The notes below the pieces were generated by a model that saw only the letters and a program-made list of their open reading frames with translations, was not told the origin of the DNA and searched no databases. Below are positions 1-7,451 of a DNA stretch of 19,980 nucleotides, in pieces. The position numbers and the translations under genes are program-made. Within the stretch, counting starts at the first letter, position 1. Each line of letters opens with the position of its first letter. This stretch comes from Acidimicrobiales bacterium (lineage in GTDB: Bacteria; Actinomycetota; Acidimicrobiia; Acidimicrobiales; SZUA-35), in contig JBBKWJ010000208.1 of assembly GCA_037968895.1 (NCBI GenBank), positions 1 through 19,980 on the forward strand, given 5' to 3'.

Positions 1-391
1 TGCCGAAGGCGCGGATGCGCACCGGCCCGAAGTCCGGGTCGCGCATGATCACCGGGTTCGGTGTGCCCCACTTCAGATCCGTCACCTGGCGCGTGGCGAC
101 GAAGTAGACCTCGCACTTGAAAGGGCTGTCGAAGCCGTACTTCCAGCCCTGCAAGGTGCTGAGAATCGGCATGTTCTCAGAATCAAGCGTGTAGTTGCCC
201 GGTTCAAACTGGTCGGCCATCGCGCCGCGATACACGAGCACGGCACGTTGTCCCTCTCGAACTATTAGCTGAGCGCCGTTCTTAATCTCATTTTGGTAGC
301 GGGGGAACCGCCAGGCGAGCGTCGTCCTCGAGTCATCGATGTACTCGATGATGTCAACTAGCTCATTTCTGAGCTTGTCCATGATTCCCAT
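1..391 (-). CDS. SPFH/band-7 family protein (COG4260-like, YdjI-like), N-terminal part; the gene continues beyond the window start
   Basis: The minus-strand ATG is at 391..389, with a GGAGGG Shine-Dalgarno about 5 nt upstream. The translation MGIMDKLRNELVDIIEYIDDSRTTLAWRFPRYQNEIKNGAQLIVREGQRAVLVYRGAMADQFEPGNYTLDSENMPILSTLQGWKYGFDSPFKCEVYFV matches the conserved N-terminus of the COG4260 'virion-core-like' SPFH family. The ORF track did not list it because it is truncated by the window edge. Confidence 0.7.
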   Translation of the reverse strand, partial: MGIMDKLRNELVDIIEYIDDSRTTLAWRFPRYQNEIKNGAQLIVREGQRAVLVYRGAMADQFEPGNYTLDSENMPILSTLQGWKYGFDSPFKCEVYFVATRQVTDLKWGTPNPVIMRDPDFGPVRIRAFG

Positions 392-501
392 TGGGGCCCT
401 CCGTCCGTATGGCGTTCGAAACGAAGCTAGCACGAGACTCCGATCACGACCCAAGGATGCAATGGCGGTCTTACTGAGTGATAAACGGTTCTGGTGGCGA
501 G

Positions 502-1395
502 CTAGGAGGTTTTAAATCGCGCTTCGGTCGCAATGACATCAGGAAGTCCGATCAAGTCGGTAAATGCTGCGAAGGAGGGAAGCCCGTCGACGACGCCGGC
601 TGGAGTGCCTCGCTGTCGTATTCCTTTCAGCACCTCGACCATCGCTTGGGTTGCCGCGAGAATTGTCGCGATCGGCATGAGGATGGCCGCGAAACCGAGA
701 TCGGCAATTTCCCCGAGTTCGAGAGGCGGTGTCTTGCCACCTTCTACCCAGTTGAAGACACGCGGGATCGAAGAAAGTAGCTTGCTCACCGCTTCAATCT
801 CAGCCATGTCTTCGAGTGCTTCAACAAACAACAGGTCAGCGCCAGCGTCGTGATACGCCTTGGCCCGGTCGATAGCAGCCTGCAACCCGAGCGGGGCTCG
901 CGCATCGGTCCTAGCGATGATGACGAAGTCAGGGTTGGTCCGGGCAGCCACAGCGGCGCTGACCTTGGCGATCATGTCGTCTAGCGGAATGACCTCCTTG
1001 CCCTCCATGTGCCCACACCGCTTCGGCGAAACCTGGTCTTCGAGGTGAATGCCTGCAACTCCCGCTTGCTCGAAGGAACGAACGGTTCGGATGACGTTTA
1101 TCGGGTTTCCGTAACCCGTATCGGCGTCGGCGACCACTGGCAAGCTGGTGGCCTGGGTGATTCGGCGAGCGTTGTCAACCATCTCACTTAGTCCGAGGAG
1201 TCCAACGTCTGGACGGCCGAGCAGCGATGCGGCCGAGCCGAAGCCGGTCATGTACGCAGCATCAAAACCAGCCAGCTCAATGAGCCGTGCGCCAAGCGCG
1301 TCGTAACAGCCCGGAAGTAGCAGCGGTTCGTCGCGATTGAGGAGCTGTCGCAAACCAGTTGGACCGGCCGACGGTTGACCGAGAAGGTCAGTCAC
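502..1395 (-). CDS. Isocitrate lyase/PEP mutase superfamily enzyme (2-methylisocitrate lyase / oxaloacetate decarboxylase-like)
   Basis: The 297-aa product carries the superfamily hallmarks CYDALGA (near the N-terminus), EDQ...KRCGH and ARTDA. The EDQ-KRCGH signature points to an ICL/MICL-type enzyme rather than a true PEP mutase. It starts at GTG, and that start overlaps the stop of the upstream oxygenase gene as gtgacTGA. Confidence 0.75.
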   Translation of the reverse strand: MTDLLGQPSAGPTGLRQLLNRDEPLLLPGCYDALGARLIELAGFDAAYMTGFGSAASLLGRPDVGLLGLSEMVDNARRITQATSLPVVADADTGYGNPINVIRTVRSFEQAGVAGIHLEDQVSPKRCGHMEGKEVIPLDDMIAKVSAAVAARTNPDFVIIARTDARAPLGLQAAIDRAKAYHDAGADLLFVEALEDMAEIEAVSKLLSSIPRVFNWVEGGKTPPLELGEIADLGFAAILMPIATILAATQAMVEVLKGIRQRGTPAGVVDGLPSFAAFTDLIGLPDVIATEARFKTS

Positions 1396-2233
1396 TCTCG
1401 CCTCGTAGTTCTTTGATTCGCTGTTGCAGGAACGAGAACGCTGGCCTGCCCTCAGCGAGTATGACGTCGTCGGCTGGGTGGAGAAAGAGGGGCGCGGCCA
1501 TGCGGGCCCGCTTTGCCCCTTCGCCAGTCGGGTTAGTCACCCGGTGGACCGTGGCGGGGTAGTAGCCGCCACTCGCAAGCTCGAGCATCTCTCCGGCATT
1601 GACCGCGAGTGACGACGGATCGCAGGGCACTGCGTACCAGTTGCCGTCGGTTCCGAGCAGCTCAAGACCGGCCTCGTTTGACGATGGCAAAACTGTAAGC
1701 AGATTGATGTCTTTGTGAGCCGCGGCCCTGACCGCTCCCTCTTCTTCGTTGCCCTCAAGCGGTGGGTAGCGCAAGATCCGCAGGAGGCTCCTTGTGCTCT
1801 CGTCCATCATCGACGACAGCGGTTGGGAGAATCGTTCGGCTACTTCAGGAGGGGTGTTGGCCTCGACCCAGTCGAGGAGCGTCCGAGCCACTTCGGTTGC
1901 CTGTTCGGCGTACCTCAACGCTCCATCAGTGACTTCGGTTGGATACGGAGCCCATGGGTAGATGTGGAAAAACTCTTTGAGGTCTCGAATGGTGTTTCCC
2001 TGTGCTGTCTCGGCCACCGTGGGAGGAAAGTAGCCGCCTTGTGCGCCGTCACCGGACGGGTAGTTGAACCGCCCGGGATGATCAAAGAATGCGTTCCACT
2101 CGTCGAACATCGCCTGTACTGATGCCCAGTCGAGCGGGTGATTCACAACGACCGCAAATCCGGTTTTCAACAGACTCTCGGTGAAGCGTTGTGGCGCCTC
2201 AGATGACTGATAGTCGACGACGGTGACGTCCAT
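1388..2233 (-). CDS. 2-oxoglutarate/Fe(II)-dependent dioxygenase (isopenicillin-N-synthase-like family)
   Basis: The 281-aa product has the HKD...H facial-triad region (AAHKDINLLTVL ... TVHRV) and overall similarity to 2OG-Fe(II) oxygenases. A GGAGA RBS sits upstream of the ATG at 2233, and the stop overlaps the next gene's GTG start by 8 nt. Confidence 0.7.
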   Translation of the reverse strand: MDVTVVDYQSSEAPQRFTESLLKTGFAVVVNHPLDWASVQAMFDEWNAFFDHPGRFNYPSGDGAQGGYFPPTVAETAQGNTIRDLKEFFHIYPWAPYPTEVTDGALRYAEQATEVARTLLDWVEANTPPEVAERFSQPLSSMMDESTRSLLRILRYPPLEGNEEEGAVRAAAHKDINLLTVLPSSNEAGLELLGTDGNWYAVPCDPSSLAVNAGEMLELASGGYYPATVHRVTNPTGEGAKRARMAAPLFLHPADDVILAEGRPAFSFLQQRIKELRGESD

Positions 2234-2360
2234 ATTTCTCCTGTCCTTGGCTTCGCTGTAGAGATCGTATCAATTGGTCGTGCACCGAACTCCTCAGCTC
2301 CCTGACGCGCCAGAGTGCCCGCCCGGCCGGTAACCTTTCGGCTTCATCTGAAAGGACCCA

Positions 2361-2843
2361 ATGGGTACGTTCCACGAAATCTCAATGAAGTCGATTGTCG
2401 GCGACGACGTCAACTTCGCACAGTACGAAGGCCAGGTTGTCCTCGTCGTCAACGTCGCCAGCGCTTGAGGCCTTACGCCTCAGTACGCAGGTCTGCGTAC
2501 GCTTCATGAGCAGTTTGCCAACGACGGTTTTAGCGTCTTGGGTTTCCCTTGCAACCAGTTCGCAAACCAGGAACCAGGGACAAATGAAGAGATTCTTGCC
2601 TTTGCAACCGACAACTACGACGTGAACTTTCCCATGTTCGCCAAAATCGATGTCAACGGCGAACAAGAGGCGCCGCTCTTCACCTACCTGAAGGCCGCAC
2701 AGCCGAATGACGATGGCTCATCTGACATCGTGTGGAACTTCAACAAATTCCTGGTCGGTCGAGACGGTGCAGTGTTGGCCCGCTTCGCTCCAACCGTTAC
2801 TCCCGAGCAAATTGCAGAACAGCTACCTGGGTTCTTGAGCTAG
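2361..2843 (+). CDS. Glutathione peroxidase, probable selenoprotein (in-frame TGA at 2466..2468 decoded as Sec)
   Basis: The ATG at 2361 is preceded by an AAAGGA RBS. Reading through the TGA in frame gives MGTFHEISMKSIVGDDVNFAQYEGQVVLVVNVASA-U-GLTPQYAGLRTLHEQFANDGFSVLGFPCNQFANQEPG...VWNFNKFLVGRDG. The TGA sits exactly where the peroxidatic Cys/Sec lies in the GPx motif NVASxC/UGxT, and the Gln (FPCNQF) and Trp/Asn (WNFNKF) catalytic motifs are intact downstream. The six-frame track shows only the C-terminal TTG-started piece at 2538..2843. Confidence 0.75.
2479..2510 (+). other. Candidate bacterial SECIS hairpin directing Sec insertion at UGA 2466..2468
   Basis: The hairpin starts 11 nt 3' of the UGA. 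An 8-bp stem GUACGCAG/CUGCGUAC has a small GGUC-type apical loop, and it is extended by CUCA/UGAG with an asymmetric bulge. The apex GCAGGUCUGC is identical to the apical segment of the E. coli fdhF SECIS element, as I recall that sequence. Confidence 0.6.
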
Positions 2844-4589
2844 TTGGTCATCGCCGCCGAGCGCGGCACCTTGGCGCGCTTCGCCTGGTTGTTCAATTCC
2901 CATGAGCTTCGGCAATGAGAATCCCAGGCGAAGCAGGCCGAGGCCGACGATAAGAAAGAGGCCGGCTCGCCACAGCGCATCGACCGACGCAAGGTCGATA
3001 GTAAGCAGCTTGGCGACGGTCAATGCGAGAACGCCGAGACCTGTCCCGCCGACGAGTGGGCGGCGGAAGTAGCCGCCGCCAACGAGTAGGGCAGTTCCGA
3101 CGGCAGCCCACGAGAGCGAAACTGCCGCGTGTCCTTGCGGGAGATGGACCAAGACTGATCCGAGCCAGGCGAGCGCAAGTCCGAGTAGGCCGAACGCCCC
3201 GATGTAGCGCAACTCTCGCTCTTGCATGATGTAGACGGCGGCGGCCAAGGCCGCGATAGTTGCGAGGTGCAGCGCATCGTTGCCGATCGTCACGTTATCT
3301 GTCCACGCCTCGAGCATGAGGACAGCCACCCAGCCCGAGCTAATGACCAATAACACCAGGGCGTTGACAAGCACTCGCACACTGTTCCCTAGATAGCGGC
3401 GGAGCAAGAGCAGCCCGGCACCTTGCACAGCGAGGCCAAGGAAGGTGTATTCGGCGGCGACGAAGGCCCCGAGCGCCACAGAGAGGGTCACGCTCGCCCC
3501 GACGAGTGTCGACACAAAATGAGCGGGCTTCACGTATTGGCGCATTACGAATGCCAAGAACGCAACGGCCACAGTGACAACGAGTGCCAGATAGCGCCAT
3601 GCCGGTTCTCCGTCGAGCTCGAGGCCCAGACCGATACAGAGCAGCAACCAGGGGGCGACAGCACCTGCACCCTGCACCTCCAGTTGTTGCCAGGCCGTTT
3701 GAAGATTCCCAATGCTCGGGAGGTACAGCACCGCCAGAGCGACGATCGCAAGGGCGATCAATAAAACCATCTGCGAGCCGGTGTCGTCCGCTAGGTGAGA
3801 GATTCCAGCGAACCATGCTGCAAGACCGATGAAGCTTGCGAGTCGTAAGCCGTGCCATCCTCGTTCTAGCGCCAATGCCAGTCCCGGTCCGAGAATGATG
3901 AGGCCCCACAAGATCGCGAGGACAACTGGACTGTCCCAAACCTGCAATGCCACGCCGCCTGCGATTCCGCCGCCGGCCGTAGCCAAACCCACCCATTCAG
4001 AGTTGATGAAGCGAGCCAACCCGTAGCCACCGAACATGACGATGACGGTAAGCACCAATCCCGCGTTGGTGCCGACAAGGTCGACGAAGAGTGACGAACC
4101 AAATGTCGTAAAGAACGTGAGCACACCGCCGCTGCAGAGAGCCGCTGTCCAGTGCGGGCGGGTTGGTTGAACTCGAACTCCGGCAGCTATAAGGGCGCCG
4201 CCAAGCAGCATGGCCCCGAGGAGTTGAAGTTCAGGACCTATCCAACCCCGTTGGATAGCCGTGCTGAGGGCGAACCCAACAGCGAGGACGACGAGCGCTA
4301 TGCCGCCCCATTTAAGGACAGCCTCAGAATCGAGTTCGGGACGAGGGGCCCGCTGAGCGGGCTGGGTCTGATCGAGCTGAGTCTGATCGGGCGGGGAATA
4401 CAGCAGCGGAGGAGGCCCAGGCGCGGATTGTGTGCCTGCCATGGGCGGCGGCGGCATCGCAGCCAAGTCATCGGCGGAAGTGCGAGCCGCCCAGGGCGTT
4501 TTGGCCTCGCGGAGCGACCTCACCTCGGTCTCGAGATCTCGAACCCGATTCTCCAGTTGCGCTAGTCGCTGGTTCTCTTGTTCGTACAT
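2823..4589 (-). CDS. Polytopic membrane protein, DUF2339-like (N-terminal coiled coil, Pro-rich linker, many TM helices)
   Basis: The 588-aa product begins with a heptad-like leader MYEQENQRLAQLENRVRDLETEVRSLRE, followed by a Pro/Gln-rich linker and then at least 14 hydrophobic helices. A GGGAGG RBS lies 8 nt upstream of the ATG at 4589. The family assignment is from memory of the architecture and is not certain. Confidence 0.6.
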   Translation of the reverse strand: MYEQENQRLAQLENRVRDLETEVRSLREAKTPWAARTSADDLAAMPPPPMAGTQSAPGPPPLLYSPPDQTQLDQTQPAQRAPRPELDSEAVLKWGGIALVVLAVGFALSTAIQRGWIGPELQLLGAMLLGGALIAAGVRVQPTRPHWTAALCSGGVLTFFTTFGSSLFVDLVGTNAGLVLTVIVMFGGYGLARFINSEWVGLATAGGGIAGGVALQVWDSPVVLAILWGLIILGPGLALALERGWHGLRLASFIGLAAWFAGISHLADDTGSQMVLLIALAIVALAVLYLPSIGNLQTAWQQLEVQGAGAVAPWLLLCIGLGLELDGEPAWRYLALVVTVAVAFLAFVMRQYVKPAHFVSTLVGASVTLSVALGAFVAAEYTFLGLAVQGAGLLLLRRYLGNSVRVLVNALVLLVISSGWVAVLMLEAWTDNVTIGNDALHLATIAALAAAVYIMQERELRYIGAFGLLGLALAWLGSVLVHLPQGHAAVSLSWAAVGTALLVGGGYFRRPLVGGTGLGVLALTVAKLLTIDLASVDALWRAGLFLIVGLGLLRLGFSLPKLMGIEQPGEARQGAALGGDDQLAQEPR

Positions 4590-4649
4590 GGTCTCGATCC
4601 TCCCACACCGTGCCGAACCCGGACGTAGGGGATTGCCCTCATTCTCGTG

Positions 4650-5534
4650 TCACGCCTGATCTTGGGTGTCGCCTTGATCGCTGGCAAGGTGTCCGCGCCG
4701 ATGGCCGCCCTGCCAATCTTCCTGCGCGCCTGCTGCGACAGCACCAAAGACTGCGAGCTGAGGAACTTCGCGAAGGCTGCGCTTCATCTCAGCAAAGCCA
4801 GGAAAGGCTGCGAGCGTCGTTACGGCGCTCCAGAGCGGGACCGCCTCGGCATCGCTAGGCACCCGTGAGATCACTGGTCCAAAGAACGACACACCATGCG
4901 GCGGCTCAAAGGAGATTATTGGTGTGCCAACATCTCGGCCCGTCCGGGTTAGCGCGAGCTCAGTCTCTTCGTCGAGCTCCTGGTCCCACTTGGTGTCGTC
5001 AAGCGCAGCCGCATACGAAATAGGCAATCCCGCTGCTCGCAGCACATCTTCGACGTGCTCGGTCGAACTCAGGCGCTCACGCATTCCCGAACCCTTCGGC
5101 TGGTCCCAGTAGCTCTCGCCATAGGCAGTGACGAGAGCGCCAAGTGGTTCGCGCCCAAGGTCGGCCCGAACCGCAGCCGCAACCCGAAGCATTCGGAGTC
5201 CGGCGGTGTGACCTTGCTCGTATTCGGGCGGGAACTCCGTTGCATAGTCTTTGTCTTTGTTGAGAAGGCGGAGCGAGATGAAGCGCCAGTCAACGGCGTA
5301 GCCAGTTTGTTCTGCGACCTTGACAATCCAACGTGAGGTAACCCAAGCGAAAGGACAGACCGGGTCCCAGAAGAACTCGATGTCGTAGGTGGTTGGGTCG
5401 GGATCAGTACTAGTCACGGATTGCATCCTACGGGAGCCGAAGTCGAACGACGAAATGGTGGCCGCCAAGGTGAACGGGAGGTGAACAGCCGTTGAACGAC
5501 CGAAGAAATTACGTGTCTTAGGGTCCTTGGTCAT
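4650..5534 (-). CDS. DsbA-family thiol oxidoreductase, Rv2466c-like (mycothiol-dependent reductase family), monothiol CPFA variant
   Basis: The product resembles Rv2466c-type DsbA-like proteins: FFWDPVCPFAWVTSRW, and ...DVGTPIISFEPPHGVSFFGPVISRVPSDAEAVPLWSAVTTLAAFPGFAEMKRSLREVPQL compared with Rv2466c ...[23 protein letters not shown]...FELKRTRTEPPQF. The active-site motif is CPFA rather than CPWC. The true start may be the internal ATG at 5426, at MQSVTSTDPD. Confidence 0.65.
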   Translation of the reverse strand: MTKDPKTRNFFGRSTAVHLPFTLAATISSFDFGSRRMQSVTSTDPDPTTYDIEFFWDPVCPFAWVTSRWIVKVAEQTGYAVDWRFISLRLLNKDKDYATEFPPEYEQGHTAGLRMLRVAAAVRADLGREPLGALVTAYGESYWDQPKGSGMRERLSSTEHVEDVLRAAGLPISYAAALDDTKWDQELDEETELALTRTGRDVGTPIISFEPPHGVSFFGPVISRVPSDAEAVPLWSAVTTLAAFPGFAEMKRSLREVPQLAVFGAVAAGAQEDWQGGHRRGHLASDQGDTQDQA

Positions 5535-5571
5535 TCACGATGAAGCGAAAGCTCGCTAGTTTCGACAAGGC

Positions 5572-6714
5572 ATGACGACTGATCTCGCCACTGACACTTC
5601 CCGCCGAACAATGAGTGCGTGGATTCGTGGACCGCTCGTTGTCGGTCTCATCTACCTTTTTCTCATCGGTGTTTCGTCGTTGGAATCCGGAATCAAGGTG
5701 ATGGGCGAGGACACGCAGGAACGTCTCTTCTCGAGCGTGTCCAATCCGCTAGCTGGCCTTTTCGTAGGCATTCTTGGCACGGTGCTGGTCCAATCTTCCT
5801 CGGCAAGCACCTCGGTGATCGTCGGTCTCGTTGCCTCGAAGGCCCTTGGTGTCGAAGACGCAGTACCTATGGTTATGGGTGCAAACATCGGTACCACGGT
5901 GACAAACACGCTCGTCTCGATGGGTCACGTTCGGCAGTCGAACGAGTTTAAGAGAGCGCTGGCCGCGGCAACAGTACATGACTTCTTTAACGTGCTCGCC
6001 GTTGCAATTCTGCTTCCATTCGAACTGCTCACTGGCCGGCTGACCTGGGTCGCGGAATCAATCAGCGGGCGACTGGTCGGCTCAGCTGGCAGCGACTGGA
6101 AGAGCCCGGTGAAGGCGTGGGTTAAGGAACCAGTCTCGCTGATTAAGGATTTCTGGTCTGCGGTCGGCTTAGAGACAACCTGGCTCGGAATTTCATTGCT
6201 GGTCACCGGTCTTGTCGTCATTCTGCTTGCGCTCACGATGATCACCAAGAACATGCGAGTCCTTGTCGCCGACCGTGTAGAGCGTTCGTTGAATGCGGTG
6301 CTCGGACGGGGAGGCGGCCTCATAGCTATGGCACTTGGTCTCGTCATTACGGTCGCGGTCCAGTCATCGAGCATCACAACATCAATTCTCATTCCACTGA
6401 CCGCCGCTGGTGTATTGTCGCTGCGCAATGCATACCCGGTTACCTTGGGCGCCAACGTCGGAACCACGATCACTGCGTTACTCGCAGCCATGGCGGCCAG
6501 CGTTCCAGAGGCGCTCACCGTTGGCCTCGTACATACAACCTTTAACGTTGCTGGCATCGTGTTGCTCTACGGATTCAAACCAGCTCGTGACATCCCGATT
6601 AGGCTCGCTGAGGGTCTCGCCGAGATGGCAGTTGATCAGAAACTGTGGGCCCTCGCATATGTAGTTGGTCTATTTGTGGTCGTGCCAGTCGTCGGTCTCG
6701 CAATTCTCCGCTGA
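5572..6714 (+). CDS. Na+/phosphate cotransporter family protein (Na_Pi_cotrans, NptA/YjbB-like transmembrane module)
   Basis: The 380-aa polytopic protein carries the duplicated family motifs LVQSSSASTSVIVGLV...GANIGTTVTN and AVQSSSITTSILIPL...GANVGTTITA. Confidence 0.8.
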   Translation: MTTDLATDTSRRTMSAWIRGPLVVGLIYLFLIGVSSLESGIKVMGEDTQERLFSSVSNPLAGLFVGILGTVLVQSSSASTSVIVGLVASKALGVEDAVPMVMGANIGTTVTNTLVSMGHVRQSNEFKRALAAATVHDFFNVLAVAILLPFELLTGRLTWVAESISGRLVGSAGSDWKSPVKAWVKEPVSLIKDFWSAVGLETTWLGISLLVTGLVVILLALTMITKNMRVLVADRVERSLNAVLGRGGGLIAMALGLVITVAVQSSSITTSILIPLTAAGVLSLRNAYPVTLGANVGTTITALLAAMAASVPEALTVGLVHTTFNVAGIVLLYGFKPARDIPIRLAEGLAEMAVDQKLWALAYVVGLFVVVPVVGLAILR

Positions 6715-6727
6715 GAGAGGAAATCAA

Positions 6728-7405
6728 GTGGTATTTGAATTTTTTCGCCGTGGTGGTGAACCAGGCATCGATCACATCCAGAAGCGCATGATCGAAATGC
6801 TCGCCGATTGCCGGCATTCGTTCGACCTTGCTACTGACGCGTTGCTGACTGGTATCGATCCAGAGAGTGTCGCCGATGAAATCCGAAGCACTGATCACCG
6901 GATCAACGCGGCCGAGAAGGAGCTGCGATCTGAGCTCGTCGTGCACGTCAGCGTGCAGGGCGCCGGCGACATCGGCACGGTACTCGGCTACACCTTGCTC
7001 ATCAAGAAGCTCGAGCGAATCGGTGACCAGGCGAAGAACATCCTCGACTTGGCCGAAGAGGGTGTTTCATTTTCGAATGCCGCCGATCTCAACGAACTAA
7101 TGAAGATCAGGCGGCAGGTCTCCGAAATGTTTGGACAGGTTGGGCTTCTGCTCGTTGCGCCGGTGACGTCCGATGTCGAAGACAACTGGAAACACGTTGA
7201 CGAGCTTCGTCAGTTCTGCGAAGGCAAGGTCCGGGAGTATCTGCATTCTGAACGGCCCGGCCACGAAGTGGTTCCGCGAGCAATTTACTACCGGTATCTG
7301 AAGCGCATCGTTGCCAATCTCGGTGGTGTTGTCACTACATCGACCGAACCGCTGACAAACCAGGACTATCGTGACGACGGCGAAACCGACATCGACGACG
7401 ACTGA
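6728..7405 (+). CDS. PhoU-domain protein (phosphate-transport regulator-like), probably partnered with the upstream Na/Pi cotransporter
   Basis: The PhoU-like motif LERIGDQAKNI is present with a two-helical-repeat organisation. I place the start at GTG 6728 (VVFEFFRR...) behind an AGAGAGG RBS 7 nt upstream, rather than the ATG at 6665, which overlaps the transporter gene by 50 nt. Confidence 0.65.
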   Translation: MVFEFFRRGGEPGIDHIQKRMIEMLADCRHSFDLATDALLTGIDPESVADEIRSTDHRINAAEKELRSELVVHVSVQGAGDIGTVLGYTLLIKKLERIGDQAKNILDLAEEGVSFSNAADLNELMKIRRQVSEMFGQVGLLLVAPVTSDVEDNWKHVDELRQFCEGKVREYLHSERPGHEVVPRAIYYRYLKRIVANLGGVVTTSTEPLTNQDYRDDGETDIDDD

Positions 7406-7451
7406 TCTTGATTACGCGTGACCTCGCCTCGTCTGGCAGAATAGCTCTGGT

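Noticed and set aside
2315-2666. Track ORFs 2315..2509 (+), 2395..2625 (+) and 2382..2666 (-) overlapping the GPx 5' region
   Set aside because: They have Arg/Ser-rich or otherwise non-protein-like compositions and lie in frames other than the one giving a full GPx by TGA read-through. They are high-GC artefacts.
3340-4565. ORFs 3340..3996 (-), 3423..3764 (+), 3584..3832 (+) and 4152..4565 (+) inside the DUF2339 gene
   Set aside because: They overlap a 588-aa membrane-protein gene in other frames or on the other strand, have Arg/Cys-rich nonsense composition, and show no RBS.
5925-6557. 210-aa minus-strand ORF antisense to the Na/Pi cotransporter
   Set aside because: The sense strand has strong duplicated QSSS/GANxGTT motifs. 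The antisense product is Ser/Thr/Ala low complexity.
6665-6727. ATG at 6665 as the start of the PhoU-domain gene (50-nt overlap with the transporter)
   Set aside because: The first 21 aa (MVYLWSCQSSVSQFSAERGNQ) are not PhoU-like and there is no RBS. The GTG at 6728 has an AGAGAGG RBS at ideal spacing.
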